NCBI GenBank assembly: GCA_963823035.1
Contig: CAWGKG010000018.1
Coordinates: 320,001 to 384,000 of the forward strand
Direction of reading: 5' to 3'
Length of the DNA stretch: 64,000 nt
Source: an uncultured Gemmatimonadales bacterium
GTDB lineage: Bacteria > Gemmatimonadota > Gemmatimonadetes > Longimicrobiales > Gaopeijiaceae
Position numbers and translations under genes: made by a program. The notes beneath the pieces were generated by a model that saw nothing but the letters and a program-made list of their open reading frames with translations, did not search any database and had not been told where the DNA came from. Of the stretch, positions 10,988 to 20,866 are shown piece after piece (positions within the stretch are counted from its first letter, which is position 1; every line of letters starts with the position of its first letter).

Positions 10988-11748
10988 CCCACCAGGACGG
11001 CGCCGCCGTTCACGTTGAGGATCTCTCCGGTCACGTGGCGCCCGAGCACGGAGCAGAGGAAGAGGATGGGGCCGGCCACGTCGGCGGCGCTGGCCAACCG
11101 CCCGATGGGGATCCCCTTCTCGATGCGCTCGCGCGCGCCCTCGCCGAGCACGGGCTGGGACATCTCCGTTTCGATCCACCCCGGCGCGACGCAGTTCACC
11201 GTGACGCCGCGCCCGCCCAGCTCCACACAGAGGCCCTTCACGAGCGAGATGAGGGCACCCTTGGTCGCGGCATAGTCCCCGTGGTAGGCCTCACCCCGCT
11301 GGCCGGCCGTGCTGCCCACGAGCACGAGGCGTCCGTCGTCGCGCAGCCGCCGGGCCGCCGCGCGGCTCGCGTAGAAGACCGCATGCAGGTTGGTCGCCAC
11401 CGTCTGGTGCCACTGCTCGTCCGTCATGTCGGCGATGGCCACGTCCTCGATCGGCCAGATACCGTGGTTCGCCACGAAGATGTCCAGTCCGTCGAACTCC
11501 TCGTCGCCGCGCGCGAAGAGCGCTTCGACGTCCTCGACGTGACCCAGGTCGCCGGCGTGCGCCCAGGCATGGACACCGTGGGCGCGGAGCTCCCCCACGA
11601 CCGCGTCCGCGTCCGCCTTCCGCGTCCGGTAGCCGATGCCGACGTTCGCGCCGGCCCGCGCGAGGAGGACGGCCGCCGCGCGGCCCACGCCGCGCGAGCC
11701 CCCCGTCACGATGGCGTTCCTTCCGGACAGGTCGATCAGGTCGTTCAT
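10984..11748 (-). CDS. SDR family (FabG-like) oxidoreductase
   Basis: TGGSRGVG, catalytic YAATK, NCVAPGWIET, VTGEILNVNGG. Confidence 0.88.
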   Translation of the reverse strand: MNDLIDLSGRNAIVTGGSRGVGRAAAVLLARAGANVGIGYRTRKADADAVVGELRAHGVHAWAHAGDLGHVEDVEALFARGDEEFDGLDIFVANHGIWPIEDVAIADMTDEQWHQTVATNLHAVFYASRAAARRLRDDGRLVLVGSTAGQRGEAYHGDYAATKGALISLVKGLCVELGGRGVTVNCVAPGWIETEMSQPVLGEGARERIEKGIPIGRLASAADVAGPILFLCSVLGRHVTGEILNVNGGAVLVG

Positions 11749-12179
11749 CCCTCTTCCCCTTCGTCGTTCTCGTGATGGGCCGCGGGCATCCACTTCCCCC
11801 CCAGCCGCTCGTGGTGGTGCCGCTCCGATCGGAGGATCTCGCGCAGGACCGCGACCGTCTCGTCGTCATCGACCCGGCCCACCGCGTCCTCGTACCAGGC
11901 GACCTCGTCGGCCTCGCGCGCCCGCGCCACCTCCTGCCACGCGTCCAGGCCCGGGACCTCGGGCGCTTCGCGCGCCTCCCCCGGCGTCTCCCCCATCTCG
12001 AGCAGGCGGGCCGTGAGGCGCGACACGTGGTGCTGTTCGTCGGCGAGCAGCTCGTTCAGCCGCTCGGCCGCCTCGACGTTCCCAGCCGACTCGGCGTCGC
12101 CGGCGAGCGTCCGGTAGAAGCCCGTCTGGGCCCGCTCGCGGCGCCGACCCTCCTGCAGGACCCGCACCGTCTCGCTCAC
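11745..12179 (-). CDS. Ferritin-like (rubrerythrin-type di-iron) small protein
   Basis: Two E...FY/WY...ExxH halves (DEQHH, SERHHH). GTG overlaps the gmhA stop. Confidence 0.7.
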   Translation of the reverse strand: MSETVRVLQEGRRRERAQTGFYRTLAGDAESAGNVEAAERLNELLADEQHHVSRLTARLLEMGETPGEAREAPEVPGLDAWQEVARAREADEVAWYEDAVGRVDDDETVAVLREILRSERHHHERLGGKWMPAAHHENDEGEEG

Positions 12180-12769
12180 GGCGCCTCCACGATCGCGCGC
12201 TCGACCAGGTCGCAGACGATGTGGCCGAGCGTCAGGTGGATCTCCTGGGCCCGCGCGGTCGTGTCGGTCGGCACCACCAGGGCGACGTCGACCTGGGCTC
12301 CGAGCCGCCCGCCCCCGCGGGCGAGCAGCGCCACGGTCGTCACGCCCACCTCGCGGGCCGCCGCCGCCGCGGTGAGCAGGTTGGGGGATTCCCCGCTCGT
12401 CGAGTGCAGCACGAGGAGGTCGCCCGGCCGCCCGAGCGCGCGTACCTGCCGCTCGAAGACCGAGTCGAACCCGTAGTCGTTGGCGCTGGCCGTGAGGATC
12501 GACGTGTCGGTGGTGAGCGCGATGGCGGGAAGGGCCGCCCGATGGCGCGCGAAGCGAACGACATACTCGGCGGCGAGGTGCTGGGCGTCCGCGGCGGAGC
12601 CGCCGTTCCCGCAGAACAGCAGCTTGCCACCGCCGCGGAGGGTCGCCAGAACGCGCGCGGCCAGTTCCGCCGCGGGCTCGGCGAGGGTCTCCGAGACCCG
12701 CGTGGTCAGGGCGGAGAGGTCGGCCAGCTGCGTGCGGACCTCTTCGGTGAGGCGTTCGAGGTCGGTCAC
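12176..12769 (-). CDS. gmhA: D-sedoheptulose 7-phosphate isomerase
   Basis: CGNGGSAADAQHLAAE, LTTDTSILTASANDYGF, STSGESPN, QEIHLTLGHIVC. Confidence 0.93.
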   Translation of the reverse strand: MTDLERLTEEVRTQLADLSALTTRVSETLAEPAAELAARVLATLRGGGKLLFCGNGGSAADAQHLAAEYVVRFARHRAALPAIALTTDTSILTASANDYGFDSVFERQVRALGRPGDLLVLHSTSGESPNLLTAAAAAREVGVTTVALLARGGGRLGAQVDVALVVPTDTTARAQEIHLTLGHIVCDLVERAIVEAP

Positions 12770-13587
12770 GCCGACTCCAGGTTGAGGATCTCCTTGACCT
12801 TCGCCCAGAATCCCCGCTCCGCCGGGAGGTTCGGGACCGGGATGGGAAGCCGGTCTTCGAACACGCGCCCCGGGTTCGTGCGGGAGAGGTGCACGAGGCT
12901 CTCCTCGGCGCCCAGGTCGCGGAGGCGATCGGCCGCCTCGCGGCGGTAGATCTTCCGGTCGGGCCGCCCGTGGAAGTCGGACGAGAAGTAGTCCACCCAC
13001 CCCCTGCGCAGGAGCCGGAAGGCGAAATCGCGCGCTTCTCCGCCGTAGCGGCCAACCACCGATCCGTAGTTCACCTGCAGATACGCGCCGACGACTCGCC
13101 ACTGCTCGGCGAGCGCCAGGTCCATCCCGATGTAGCGCTCCGGGTGCGCGACGATCGGACGGTAGCCTTCGTTCGCGATGCGGTGCAGGACCTTGGTCGT
13201 CCCCGGCGGGAGGCGCAAGCGCGGCCACTCGATGAGGACGAAGCTCGAGCCCCCCAGGCGGGTACGCGGGTCGTCGAAGCTCACGTCGGGGACGTCGAGC
13301 ATGACCTCGTGACCACGCCGGAACTCCACGTCCGGGTGGCGCTTCGCCACCGCCTCCGCGGCCACGTTGAACGCTTCCGTGACCTGCGAGAGCCGCTCCT
13401 CGAGGCGCACACCGTCGAGGGACAGGCTTCCCCGCAGGTGCGGCGTCGTCAGGATCCGGCGAATGCCCTGCTCCACCATGCGGTCCACGGACTCGAGCGT
13501 GTCCTCGAGCGAGCGGGCACCGTCGTCCACCCCTGGAACCAGGTGGCTGTGCAGGTCCGCCAGCGACGTGGAATCCGACCCGCTCAC
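12766..13587 (-). CDS. CpsB/CapC-family PHP tyrosine-protein phosphatase
   Basis: DLHSHLVPGVDDGA, TTPH, IVAHPERY, SSDFH. Confidence 0.88.
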   Translation of the reverse strand: MSGSDSTSLADLHSHLVPGVDDGARSLEDTLESVDRMVEQGIRRILTTPHLRGSLSLDGVRLEERLSQVTEAFNVAAEAVAKRHPDVEFRRGHEVMLDVPDVSFDDPRTRLGGSSFVLIEWPRLRLPPGTTKVLHRIANEGYRPIVAHPERYIGMDLALAEQWRVVGAYLQVNYGSVVGRYGGEARDFAFRLLRRGWVDYFSSDFHGRPDRKIYRREAADRLRDLGAEESLVHLSRTNPGRVFEDRLPIPVPNLPAERGFWAKVKEILNLESA

Positions 13588-13880
13588 GGGTGCTGCGCCG
13601 CCACGCGGCTCAGGATGTCCCCGAAGGCCTCCGCCGGCTCCGGACCCTCGAGCGCGGCCTCGCACGCGTACGTGACGAGTGCGTCCGCCGCGAGGAGGTG
13701 GAAGGCGCTGGCGCGCACGCGCCCGGGTTCCGCCCGGGCCCGGGCGAGCTCCGCGAGCCCCCCGCCCAGGAGCGCCTCGGGGAGGGTCTCGCCGGCACAC
13801 GACACACCATCCAACCACCGCGTCAACGGCGCGGGTGGCGGTGGCGTGCGTCGCGCGAGCCAACCGGGCACGTGGGTCAC
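13584..13880 (-). CDS. Small hypothetical protein
   Basis: 98-codon frame with GTGA overlaps at both ends (alaS and phosphatase); LLAADALVTYACEAA helix. Confidence 0.65.
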   Translation of the reverse strand: MTHVPGWLARRTPPPPAPLTRWLDGVSCAGETLPEALLGGGLAELARARAEPGRVRASAFHLLAADALVTYACEAALEGPEPAEAFGDILSRVAAQHP

Positions 13881-16528
13881 GCGGCCCCTTCGCCCAGGAG
13901 CCGGCGGACCACGTCCGCCCCCGAGCGCAGCGCCTCGTCCAGCCGCTCGGCGTCCTCCACGCCCGCTTGGGCCATGTGCGGCCGGCCGCCACCGCGACCG
14001 CCCACGATCGCGGCCACCTCGCGCACGATCGCGTCCGCGCGGACGCCGCGCGAGATCAGGTCGTCCGTGACGAACGTGAAGAGCGTGCGCTTGTCGTTGG
14101 GGAGCTCCGCGCCCACCACGGCCACGCCGCTCCCGCCCGAGGCGAGGAAGGCGTCCCCCCACTTGCGGGCGTCGTCGGCGTCGCGCGATCGCAGGCGGAC
14201 GGCCCGATACGTGGCGCCCTTGGCGCCGGCGTCGATCCGCTCCGACGCGACCTCCGTCTCGCCCGCGCCTCCGCCGCTCCGCAGCTCGTCGAGCAGGACC
14301 TCGAGCTCCGCGCGTTCCTCCAGGAGCTGCTCGGCCCGGTGCACCACGTTCTGCGGCTGGGTGCGAAGGGAGCGCGCGGCTTCGTCCAGGAGCCGCTCCT
14401 GGTCCTTCATGTAGGCGAAGGCGCCCGGTCCGGTGAGCGCCTCGATGCGGCGTACACCGGCGGCCACGCCGCTCTCGCTCACGACCCGGAGGAGGCCGAT
14501 CTCACCCGTGTGGCGGACGTGCGTCCCGCCGCACAGCTCCATGCTCACGCCCGGGATCTGCACGACGCGGACCTCGTCTCCGTACTTCTCCCCGAAGAGC
14601 GCCATCGCCCCCGCCTGGAGCGCGTCCTCCTTGCTCCGGTGGCCGATCTCGACCGCATGGTCCGCCCAGACCCCTTCGTTGACGATCCTCTCGACCCGCT
14701 CCCGCTCCTCGGGCGTCATGGGCGCCGTGTGCGCGAAGTCGAAGCGGAGCCGATCCGGAGCGACGAGCGACCCTCGCTGCACGACGTGCTCGCCCAGCAC
14801 CGAGCGGAGCGCAGCGTGAAGGAGGTGCGTCGCGGTGTGGTTCCTCTCGGTGTCGTGGCGGACCTCCCGGGGAACGGTCCCTTCGACGGCCAACGGGGCG
14901 GAAGGCTCCTCCGGGAAGTCGCCCTCCACGGAGCCGAGGACGGCCGTCCGTCCGTCCACCCTGCGCAGGTCCGCGACGTGCAGCGTCCACCCCTGTCCGC
15001 GTACCTCGCCGCCGTCGGAGATCTGTCCGCCGCTCTCCAGGTAGAAGGGGTTCTCGCGCAGGACCAGGCCCACCGCCTCGCCGTGCCGGCGCCAGGCGAG
15101 GACCTCGGTCTCCACCTGCGTGGTGTGATAGCCGACGAACTCCTGCTCGGCAGACGACAGCTCGACCCACCCTTCGGCGTCCGACCCGTCGTCGAGCGCG
15201 ACGCCGGAGGCGGCGCGGTCGGCGCGGGACCGCGCGCGCTGCGCCTCCAGGGCCTCGTCGAAGCCCTCGACGTCCACGCCGAAGCCCCGCTCCTCCGCCA
15301 TCAGCTGCGTCAGGTCGAGCGGGAAGCCGAACGTGTCGTACAGACGAAACGCCTCGTCCCCCGGGATGGAGGTTGCCGTCGAGGAGGCCTCGTCGGCCAG
15401 CTCGTCGAAGCGCTTCATGCCGCCCTCGATCGTGGAGAGGAACCGCTCCTCCTCCGCCCGGGTGGTGCGCACCAGGTGGTCGCGACGGTGACGGAGCTCC
15501 GGGAACACGTCGCCCATGCTCTCGACCACGGCCTCGACGACGTGCACGAGCGCGGGCTCCCGCAGCCCCAGCAGCCAGGCATGCCGCACGGCGCGCCGCA
15601 AGATCCGGCGGAGGACATACCCGCGCCCCTCGTTGGAGGGGAAGACGCCGTCCGCGAGGAGGAACGCGACCGCGCGGGCGTGGTCCGCGAGCACGTGGTA
15701 GCTCACGCTCTCCTCGAGGTCGGGATCGTAGGGGCGACCCACGACCTCCCCGACCCGGTCGAGGAGCGGTGTGAAGAGGTCCGTGTGGTAGTTGGACCCC
15801 TTCCCCTGCATCACGGCGGCGAGCCGCTCCAGCCCGGCGCCCGTGTCGATCGAGGGGGCCGGAAGGGGGTGCATCTCACCGCTCTCGTCGCGGTCGTACT
15901 GCATGAACACGAGGTTCCACAGCTCGACGATGTCGCCCCGGTCGCCGGCCGCCACGAACGCCTCGGTGGTCTGCTCGGCGGGCACCTCGGGTCGCAGGTC
16001 GTAGTGGATCTCCGAGCACGGTCCGCAGGGGCCGGTGTCGGCCATCTGCCAGAAGTTGTCCTTGTCGCCCAGCCGGAAGATCCGCTCGGCCGGGAGGCCC
16101 GCCTCCTCCTCCCAGAGCGCCGCGGCCTCGTCGTCGGAGTGGTGCACCGTGGCGTACAGCCGGGCGGGATCCAGCCCGTAGACCTCGGTGACCAGCTCCC
16201 ACGCGTAGCGCACCGCGTCCCGCTTGAAGTAGTCGCCGAAGGAGAAGTTGCCGAGCATCTCGAAGAAGGTGTGGTGGCGCGCGGTCTTGCCCACCTCCTC
16301 GAGGTCGTTGTGCTTGCCACCGGCACGCACGCACTTCTGCGAGGTGGTCGCCCTGCGGTACGGCACCTTCTCCTGGCCGAGGAAGACCCGCTTGAACTGC
16401 ACCATCCCCGCGTTGGTGAAGAGGAGGGTAGGATCGTCGCTGGGCACCAGCGAGGAGCTGGGACGCACCTCGTGTCCATGCTCGTGGAAGTAGTCGAGGA
16501 ACTTCTGTCGGATCTCGGCGGCCTTCAT
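13877..16528 (-). CDS. alaS: Alanine--tRNA ligase
   Basis: DPTLLFTNAGM, HHTFFEMLGNFSFGDYFK, GPCGPCSEI, NHTATHLL, ELCGGTH, GGGRPHMAQAG. Confidence 0.98.
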   Translation of the reverse strand: MKAAEIRQKFLDYFHEHGHEVRPSSSLVPSDDPTLLFTNAGMVQFKRVFLGQEKVPYRRATTSQKCVRAGGKHNDLEEVGKTARHHTFFEMLGNFSFGDYFKRDAVRYAWELVTEVYGLDPARLYATVHHSDDEAAALWEEEAGLPAERIFRLGDKDNFWQMADTGPCGPCSEIHYDLRPEVPAEQTTEAFVAAGDRGDIVELWNLVFMQYDRDESGEMHPLPAPSIDTGAGLERLAAVMQGKGSNYHTDLFTPLLDRVGEVVGRPYDPDLEESVSYHVLADHARAVAFLLADGVFPSNEGRGYVLRRILRRAVRHAWLLGLREPALVHVVEAVVESMGDVFPELRHRRDHLVRTTRAEEERFLSTIEGGMKRFDELADEASSTATSIPGDEAFRLYDTFGFPLDLTQLMAEERGFGVDVEGFDEALEAQRARSRADRAASGVALDDGSDAEGWVELSSAEQEFVGYHTTQVETEVLAWRRHGEAVGLVLRENPFYLESGGQISDGGEVRGQGWTLHVADLRRVDGRTAVLGSVEGDFPEEPSAPLAVEGTVPREVRHDTERNHTATHLLHAALRSVLGEHVVQRGSLVAPDRLRFDFAHTAPMTPEERERVERIVNEGVWADHAVEIGHRSKEDALQAGAMALFGEKYGDEVRVVQIPGVSMELCGGTHVRHTGEIGLLRVVSESGVAAGVRRIEALTGPGAFAYMKDQERLLDEAARSLRTQPQNVVHRAEQLLEERAELEVLLDELRSGGGAGETEVASERIDAGAKGATYRAVRLRSRDADDARKWGDAFLASGGSGVAVVGAELPNDKRTLFTFVTDDLISRGVRADAIVREVAAIVGGRGGGRPHMAQAGVEDAERLDEALRSGADVVRRLLGEGAA

Positions 16529-16629
16529 GTACGCCCGGGCGTAGGGGGACGGCCCGTCGCCGCCCCGGTTCGGTTCTCGGGTGCCCCGACCCACGGAGAC
16601 ACGCGCCCAGCCGGTTCGCTGGACAGGGA

Positions 16630-16659
16630 AAGGTAATCGGAGCCTCCGAGCCCGCTCAA
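16630..16659 (-). promoter_or_regulatory. Possible sigma70 promoter for the alaS operon
   Basis: Minus strand TTGAGC-N18-TACCTT in the recA-alaS spacer. Confidence 0.45.
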
Positions 16660-16705
16660 CGTGGCCCGCCCGGGGAGATCGGCCCCGGCTCCGACACGCG
16701 ACCGG

Positions 16706-17761
16706 TCAAGCGTCTTCGGCGGCGTCCGTCTCTTCGGAGTCCGAGGCGTGCGTCGCACCCGGCATCCCGAGGGCGACCTTCAGCCGCGCCTCGACCTCCT
16801 GGGCGATGTCGGGGTTCTCCTTGAGGAACTGCTTCGCGTTCTCCTTGCCCTGACCGAGGCGCAGATCGCCGTAGGAGAACCAGGAGCCCGACTTGTCGAC
16901 GATGTTCTGCTCCACGCCGAGGTCCACGAGGAGGCCCGTGTGGCTGATCCCCTCGTTGTAGTGGATGTCGAACTCGGCCTGGCGGAAGGGCGGCGCGCAC
17001 TTGTTCTTCACCACCTTCACCCGCGTGCGGTTGCCGATGACGTCCTGACCGTCCTTGATGGCGCCGATGCGCCGGATGTCGAGGCGGATGGAGGCGTAGA
17101 ACTTCAGGGCTCGGCCCCCGGAAGTGGTCTCCGGGTTGCCGAACATCACGCCGACCTTCTCGCGGATCTGGTTCGTGAAGATCACCGCGGTGTTCGAGCG
17201 GTTCACGGCGCCCGTGAGCTTGCGGAGGGCCTGGCTCATGAGGCGGGCCTGCAGCCCGACGTGCGTGTCGCCCATCTCGCCCTCGATCTCGGCACGCGGA
17301 ACGAGCGCCGCGACGGAGTCGATGACGACCACGTCCACCGCGTTGCTGCGGATGAGCACTTCGGCGATCTCGAGCGCCTGTTCGCCCGTGTCCGGCTGCG
17401 AGACCAGGAGGTTGTCCACGTCCACGCCGAGCTTCTTCGCGTACCCCACGTCGAGGGCGTGCTCGGCGTCGATGAAGGCGGCGATCCCGCCGCCCCGCTG
17501 CGCGTTGGCGATGATGTGCAGGCAGAGCGTGGTCTTCCCGGACGACTCCGGCCCGTAGACCTCACTCATGCGGCCCCGAGGCATCCCCCCGATCCCGATC
17601 GCCGCGTCCAGGTTCAGCGCGCCGGTGGAGATGCTGTCGATGTGCACCTTGGCGCCGTCCGCGCCCATGCGCATGATCGCGCCCTTCCCGTAGGAGCGCT
17701 CGATCTGCGTGATGGCCGTGCTGAGGGCCTTCTGTTTCTGCTCGCCGACGTCCGTCGCCAT
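16706..17761 (-). CDS. recA: Recombinase RecA
   Basis: [50 protein letters not shown]. Confidence 0.99.
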   Translation of the reverse strand: MATDVGEQKQKALSTAITQIERSYGKGAIMRMGADGAKVHIDSISTGALNLDAAIGIGGMPRGRMSEVYGPESSGKTTLCLHIIANAQRGGGIAAFIDAEHALDVGYAKKLGVDVDNLLVSQPDTGEQALEIAEVLIRSNAVDVVVIDSVAALVPRAEIEGEMGDTHVGLQARLMSQALRKLTGAVNRSNTAVIFTNQIREKVGVMFGNPETTSGGRALKFYASIRLDIRRIGAIKDGQDVIGNRTRVKVVKNKCAPPFRQAEFDIHYNEGISHTGLLVDLGVEQNIVDKSGSWFSYGDLRLGQGKENAKQFLKENPDIAQEVEARLKVALGMPGATHASDSEETDAAEDA

Positions 17762-17908
17762 CTCGTGCCTCTCGTTGGGGAACAGGGGTCTCCACAACCG
17801 CCAAAGCGATCCCAAGCTATCGAACCCGAAGATAAAGCGAAAGTCCGTCGGGTGCCTCGATTCGCGTGACCCAACCTAGGTCCCGTTTCAGGTCTCCGGA
17901 ATGCCCGC

Positions 17909-17925
17909 CTGGGCCGGGACTTGCA
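17909..17925 (+). promoter_or_regulatory. Candidate sigma54 (-24/-12) promoter
   Basis: CTGGGCCGGGACTTGCA, i.e. GG-N10-GC with TTGCA, upstream of the hypothetical gene divergent from recA. Confidence 0.5.
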
Positions 17926-17948
17926 CGGGGGCCTACCCGCAACCGAAG

Positions 17949-18422
17949 TTGTCCAGTCCCCAGGGCCCTTTTCCGGAGTCGGTTCTCGAGTTGGACGAAC
18001 AAGCCCCACAGCGCCAGCGCTTGCGATTCGAGGATCTGGGCCACAAGGCCGCCCCGGACGGGCAGTGCCACATCACGGTGCGCCTCGAGTGGTGTGGACG
18101 CACGCTGGAGGGCACGGCGACGAACCTCGAGACGCACCAGGGCCGCATTCGCGCGTCGGCGGAGGCCTCCTTGAAGGCCGCCGCGGACGCGACGGAGAAG
18201 CGCGCCTCCTTCGACCTCGTGGGGGTGAAGTCCGTGCGCGCCTTCGACGGGTGGGTCGTGGTGGCGCGTATCAACGGCATGGCGGACGGCAAGACCTACC
18301 GCCTCCTCGGCTCGGCCTCCTGCGAGGACGACGAGAAGCTCTCCCGCACCGCCGCCATCGCCGTCCTGGACGCGACGAACAGACTGTTCTCGCGCTACGT
18401 GCAGGCGCCCGACGTTTCCTAG
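17949..18422 (+). CDS. Hypothetical protein, loosely resembling the LeuA allosteric (dimerisation) domain; start uncertain (17901/17949/17991)
   Basis: Coding-like codon usage; beta-beta-helix repeats ending in SAEASLKAA and AAIAVLDATNR. Confidence 0.65.
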   Translation: MSSPQGPFPESVLELDEQAPQRQRLRFEDLGHKAAPDGQCHITVRLEWCGRTLEGTATNLETHQGRIRASAEASLKAAADATEKRASFDLVGVKSVRAFDGWVVVARINGMADGKTYRLLGSASCEDDEKLSRTAAIAVLDATNRLFSRYVQAPDVS

Positions 18423-18475
18423 GCTGGCGGGTGGGCCCGCACCCACCGACCGGCCGCCGCCACGAAGGGCCGGCC

Positions 18476-19850
18476 CTACCCTCCTGCCAGGTACATCCTC
18501 CACACGCCCGCCCGCACCGGAATCCACAGCACCGAATACGGGCTCTCCGCGGTCGCGGGCGCGAACACCGGCACACCACCGAAGACGCCTACACGCAGGA
18601 TGTCTCCACAGTCCAACGCGTCCTCCTCGTCGGTCTTCCGATAGCGCAGGCCGCGCACGGTGATCGGATCGCCGTCGAGGTACCACCCCGTGTCGCCGGC
18701 GTAGCTGCCGGCGAAGACGACCGTGGGGCGGAGCGTCCGGATCGAGTGTGCGCCCGGAGCCGAGGAGGGTGTCGCCCTCGGCGGTCACGAGCACGCGGGC
18801 GTTCTCACCCGTCGCGAGGCATACGAGCGCCTCGGTGCCCTCGGGCGCGGGGGGCGCGATCACGACGGTGTCCGGCGGGGGTGCGGGGAGCTGGATCACC
18901 TCCCGGCTGGGCCGCTCCATGAGTTGGGCGCGGCAGCGCCGCCCCACCCCGTCGCCGCAAAGCGCCAACGACGCGAGGAGGCCGAAGCGCGGCTTGCGGT
19001 ACTCGCTGTCCCACCCCCCGGGGGGCTCGTCGTGGTTCACGCCCATGAGCTGTGCGCCCAGACGCACGCCACGCAGGTCGACCTGCGTGCCGACGTTCAC
19101 GTCGAAGCCGTTGTACTCGCCCATGAGCGTGAGCACCGAGCTCCGGATCCCCATGTGGAGGGCCGAGCCCAGGAACCACCCCCCGGAGCCCCCGTCGCCG
19201 TAGAAGGACAGGTCGCCGCCGTCCTTGAAGAGCCCGCCGCCGTAGCCGAGGGAGAAGGTGAGGTCGTGGCGCGGGAGGATCCCGCCCTCCGCTCCGCGCA
19301 TGTGCGCGGTGGCGACGCCGTAGAGCGAGAGACGCGTCGACACCCCGTCACGCCCGGGGTAGCTGCGGAAGCGGGGATCGGCCAGGCCCAGGCGATTGGG
19401 CCGGGCCTCGGTCCCGTCCTCGAATCCCGGCGCGGCCACCCACCGTGCCCCCAGGGCCAGGCCGAGCCCCTGGTTCGTGGGCCGCACGAGTTGGAAACGC
19501 GCGAAGAGCCCCGGAGTGCGGGCATCGTCGAGGGACTGCAGGGTGCCGCCCACCTCGGTCCGGTCGGAGAGGCCGAAGGCCACGGAGAGGTCCTGGTGGA
19601 AGCGGTCCACCCCGGGGCCGTAGCCGGACACGCCGCCCGTTTCGTCGACCACGAGGGTGCGGTCGAGCTTCAGGAAGTAGCCGGAATAGGTGGCGGTGAG
19701 GGTCCCGCGAGGAAGCACGCTGGCCACCGGGGTGTCCATCAGCCCGGAGCCCCATCGGAGCGAGCTCGGCATCGTCGTCGTCTGCGCCGCCGCCCCCGGA
19801 GCCCACGCGCACGCGGCCAGCACGGCGGCGACCACGGCCCTCAACACCAT
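18476..19850 (-). CDS. Exported YjbH-like / beta-barrel protein with C-terminal extension (frameshift near 18746)
   Basis: Signal peptide ...AAAQ, then GSGLMDTPVASVLPRG (YjbH-like start), amphipathic strands and a Pro-rich linker. After the shift YAGDTGWYLDGDPITVRG...VLWIPVRAGVWRMY. Confidence 0.6.
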
Positions 19851-19910
19851 GCTCGCCCCCGGTCCGCCCCCTCCCCGCTCATCACGGCGCGACACCGCGC
19901 GGGTCGGACT

Positions 19911-20144
19911 TCAGTCCTCCAGCCGCCGCGACAGCCGTGCGAGCCGTCGCGACACCGAGACGATCCACCCGAACACAAGGATCCACGCGATCGCGTAGGC
20001 GATGAACACGAAGCGATACGGCAGCATGGACTGAGCACCCAGGCCCGCCCCGGGCATGCCCTGCGCGAGGAGGGGCGACGCGAGGACGACGAGGCCCAGG
20101 AGCGCCGCCCCGCACCGGTGGAGAAGTCGCTTGGACAGGAGCAT
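19911..20144 (-). CDS. ccmD: CcmD-family heme exporter protein
   Basis: FVFIAYAIAWILVFGWIVSVSRRLARL (TM helix plus basic tail) directly after ccmC. Confidence 0.65.
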   Translation of the reverse strand: MLLSKRLLHRCGAALLGLVVLASPLLAQGMPGAGLGAQSMLPYRFVFIAYAIAWILVFGWIVSVSRRLARLSRRLED

Positions 20145-20173
20145 GACGCCTCTCGGAAGAGCGGTTCGGGGGT

Positions 20174-20866
20174 TCACGCGCGAGCCTGGTGCTCGCGCAC
20201 GTCCAGGGTGTGACGGGCGACCTCGAGGGTGTAGCGCATCAGGAAGACGCCCAGGAAGAGGAGGAGGAGCGAGCCGAGGCCGACCATCAGCGTGGCCAGC
20301 ATCGGCGCGGCAAGCGTCGGCCCCTCCGGCTTGATGACCACGGGTGTCGGGTGCAGAGACCGGAACCAGAGCACGCTCACGTGGATGAGCGGGATGTCCA
20401 GGGCCCCGACGATCCCCACCACCGCGGCGAAGCGTTTCCCGCGCTCGGGGTTCTCGGTCGAAGAGCGCACGAGGAAGTAGCCGAGGTAGATGAACCAGAG
20501 CAGCAGCGTGAGCGTCAGGCGCGGCTCCCACGTCCAGTACGTCCCCCACGCGACCCTGCCCCAGAGCGGCCCGGTGAGCAGCACGATGGTCGTGAAGACC
20601 ATGCCTCCCTCGGCGGCGGCTACGGCCGCCTGGTCCAGGTGGTCGTCGCCCAGCCAGAGGTACATGGCACTGCACAGCGCGACGATCCCGAAGGCCAGAA
20701 AGGCCACCACGGCGGAGGGCATGTGCACGTAGAAGATCCGCTGGATGATCCCCTGGTTGGCCTCCGTGGGCACCCAGAAGAACACCATCCAGTGCAGGAC
20801 CAGCATCCCCAGCGCGCCCGTCACCGCCAACACGGGGCCGGCCGTACGGATCTTCTTCGATGGCAT
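20174..20866 (-). CDS. ccmC: Heme exporter protein CcmC
   Basis: RIFYVHMPSA, WWD motif TGPLWGRVAWGTYWTWEPRLT, WFRSLHP. Confidence 0.92.
   Translation of the reverse strand: MPSKKIRTAGPVLAVTGALGMLVLHWMVFFWVPTEANQGIIQRIFYVHMPSAVVAFLAFGIVALCSAMYLWLGDDHLDQAAVAAAEGGMVFTTIVLLTGPLWGRVAWGTYWTWEPRLTLTLLLWFIYLGYFLVRSSTENPERGKRFAAVVGIVGALDIPLIHVSVLWFRSLHPTPVVIKPEGPTLAAPMLATLMVGLGSLLLLFLGVFLMRYTLEVARHTLDVREHQARA

Noticed and set aside
8069..16636. Very long antisense ORFs (e.g. 8069..11275 +, 13679..16636 +) and many similar ones elsewhere
   Set aside because: They are shadow frames of well-identified genes. Stop codons are scarce at this GC content, and the translations are R/P/G/A-rich with no motifs.
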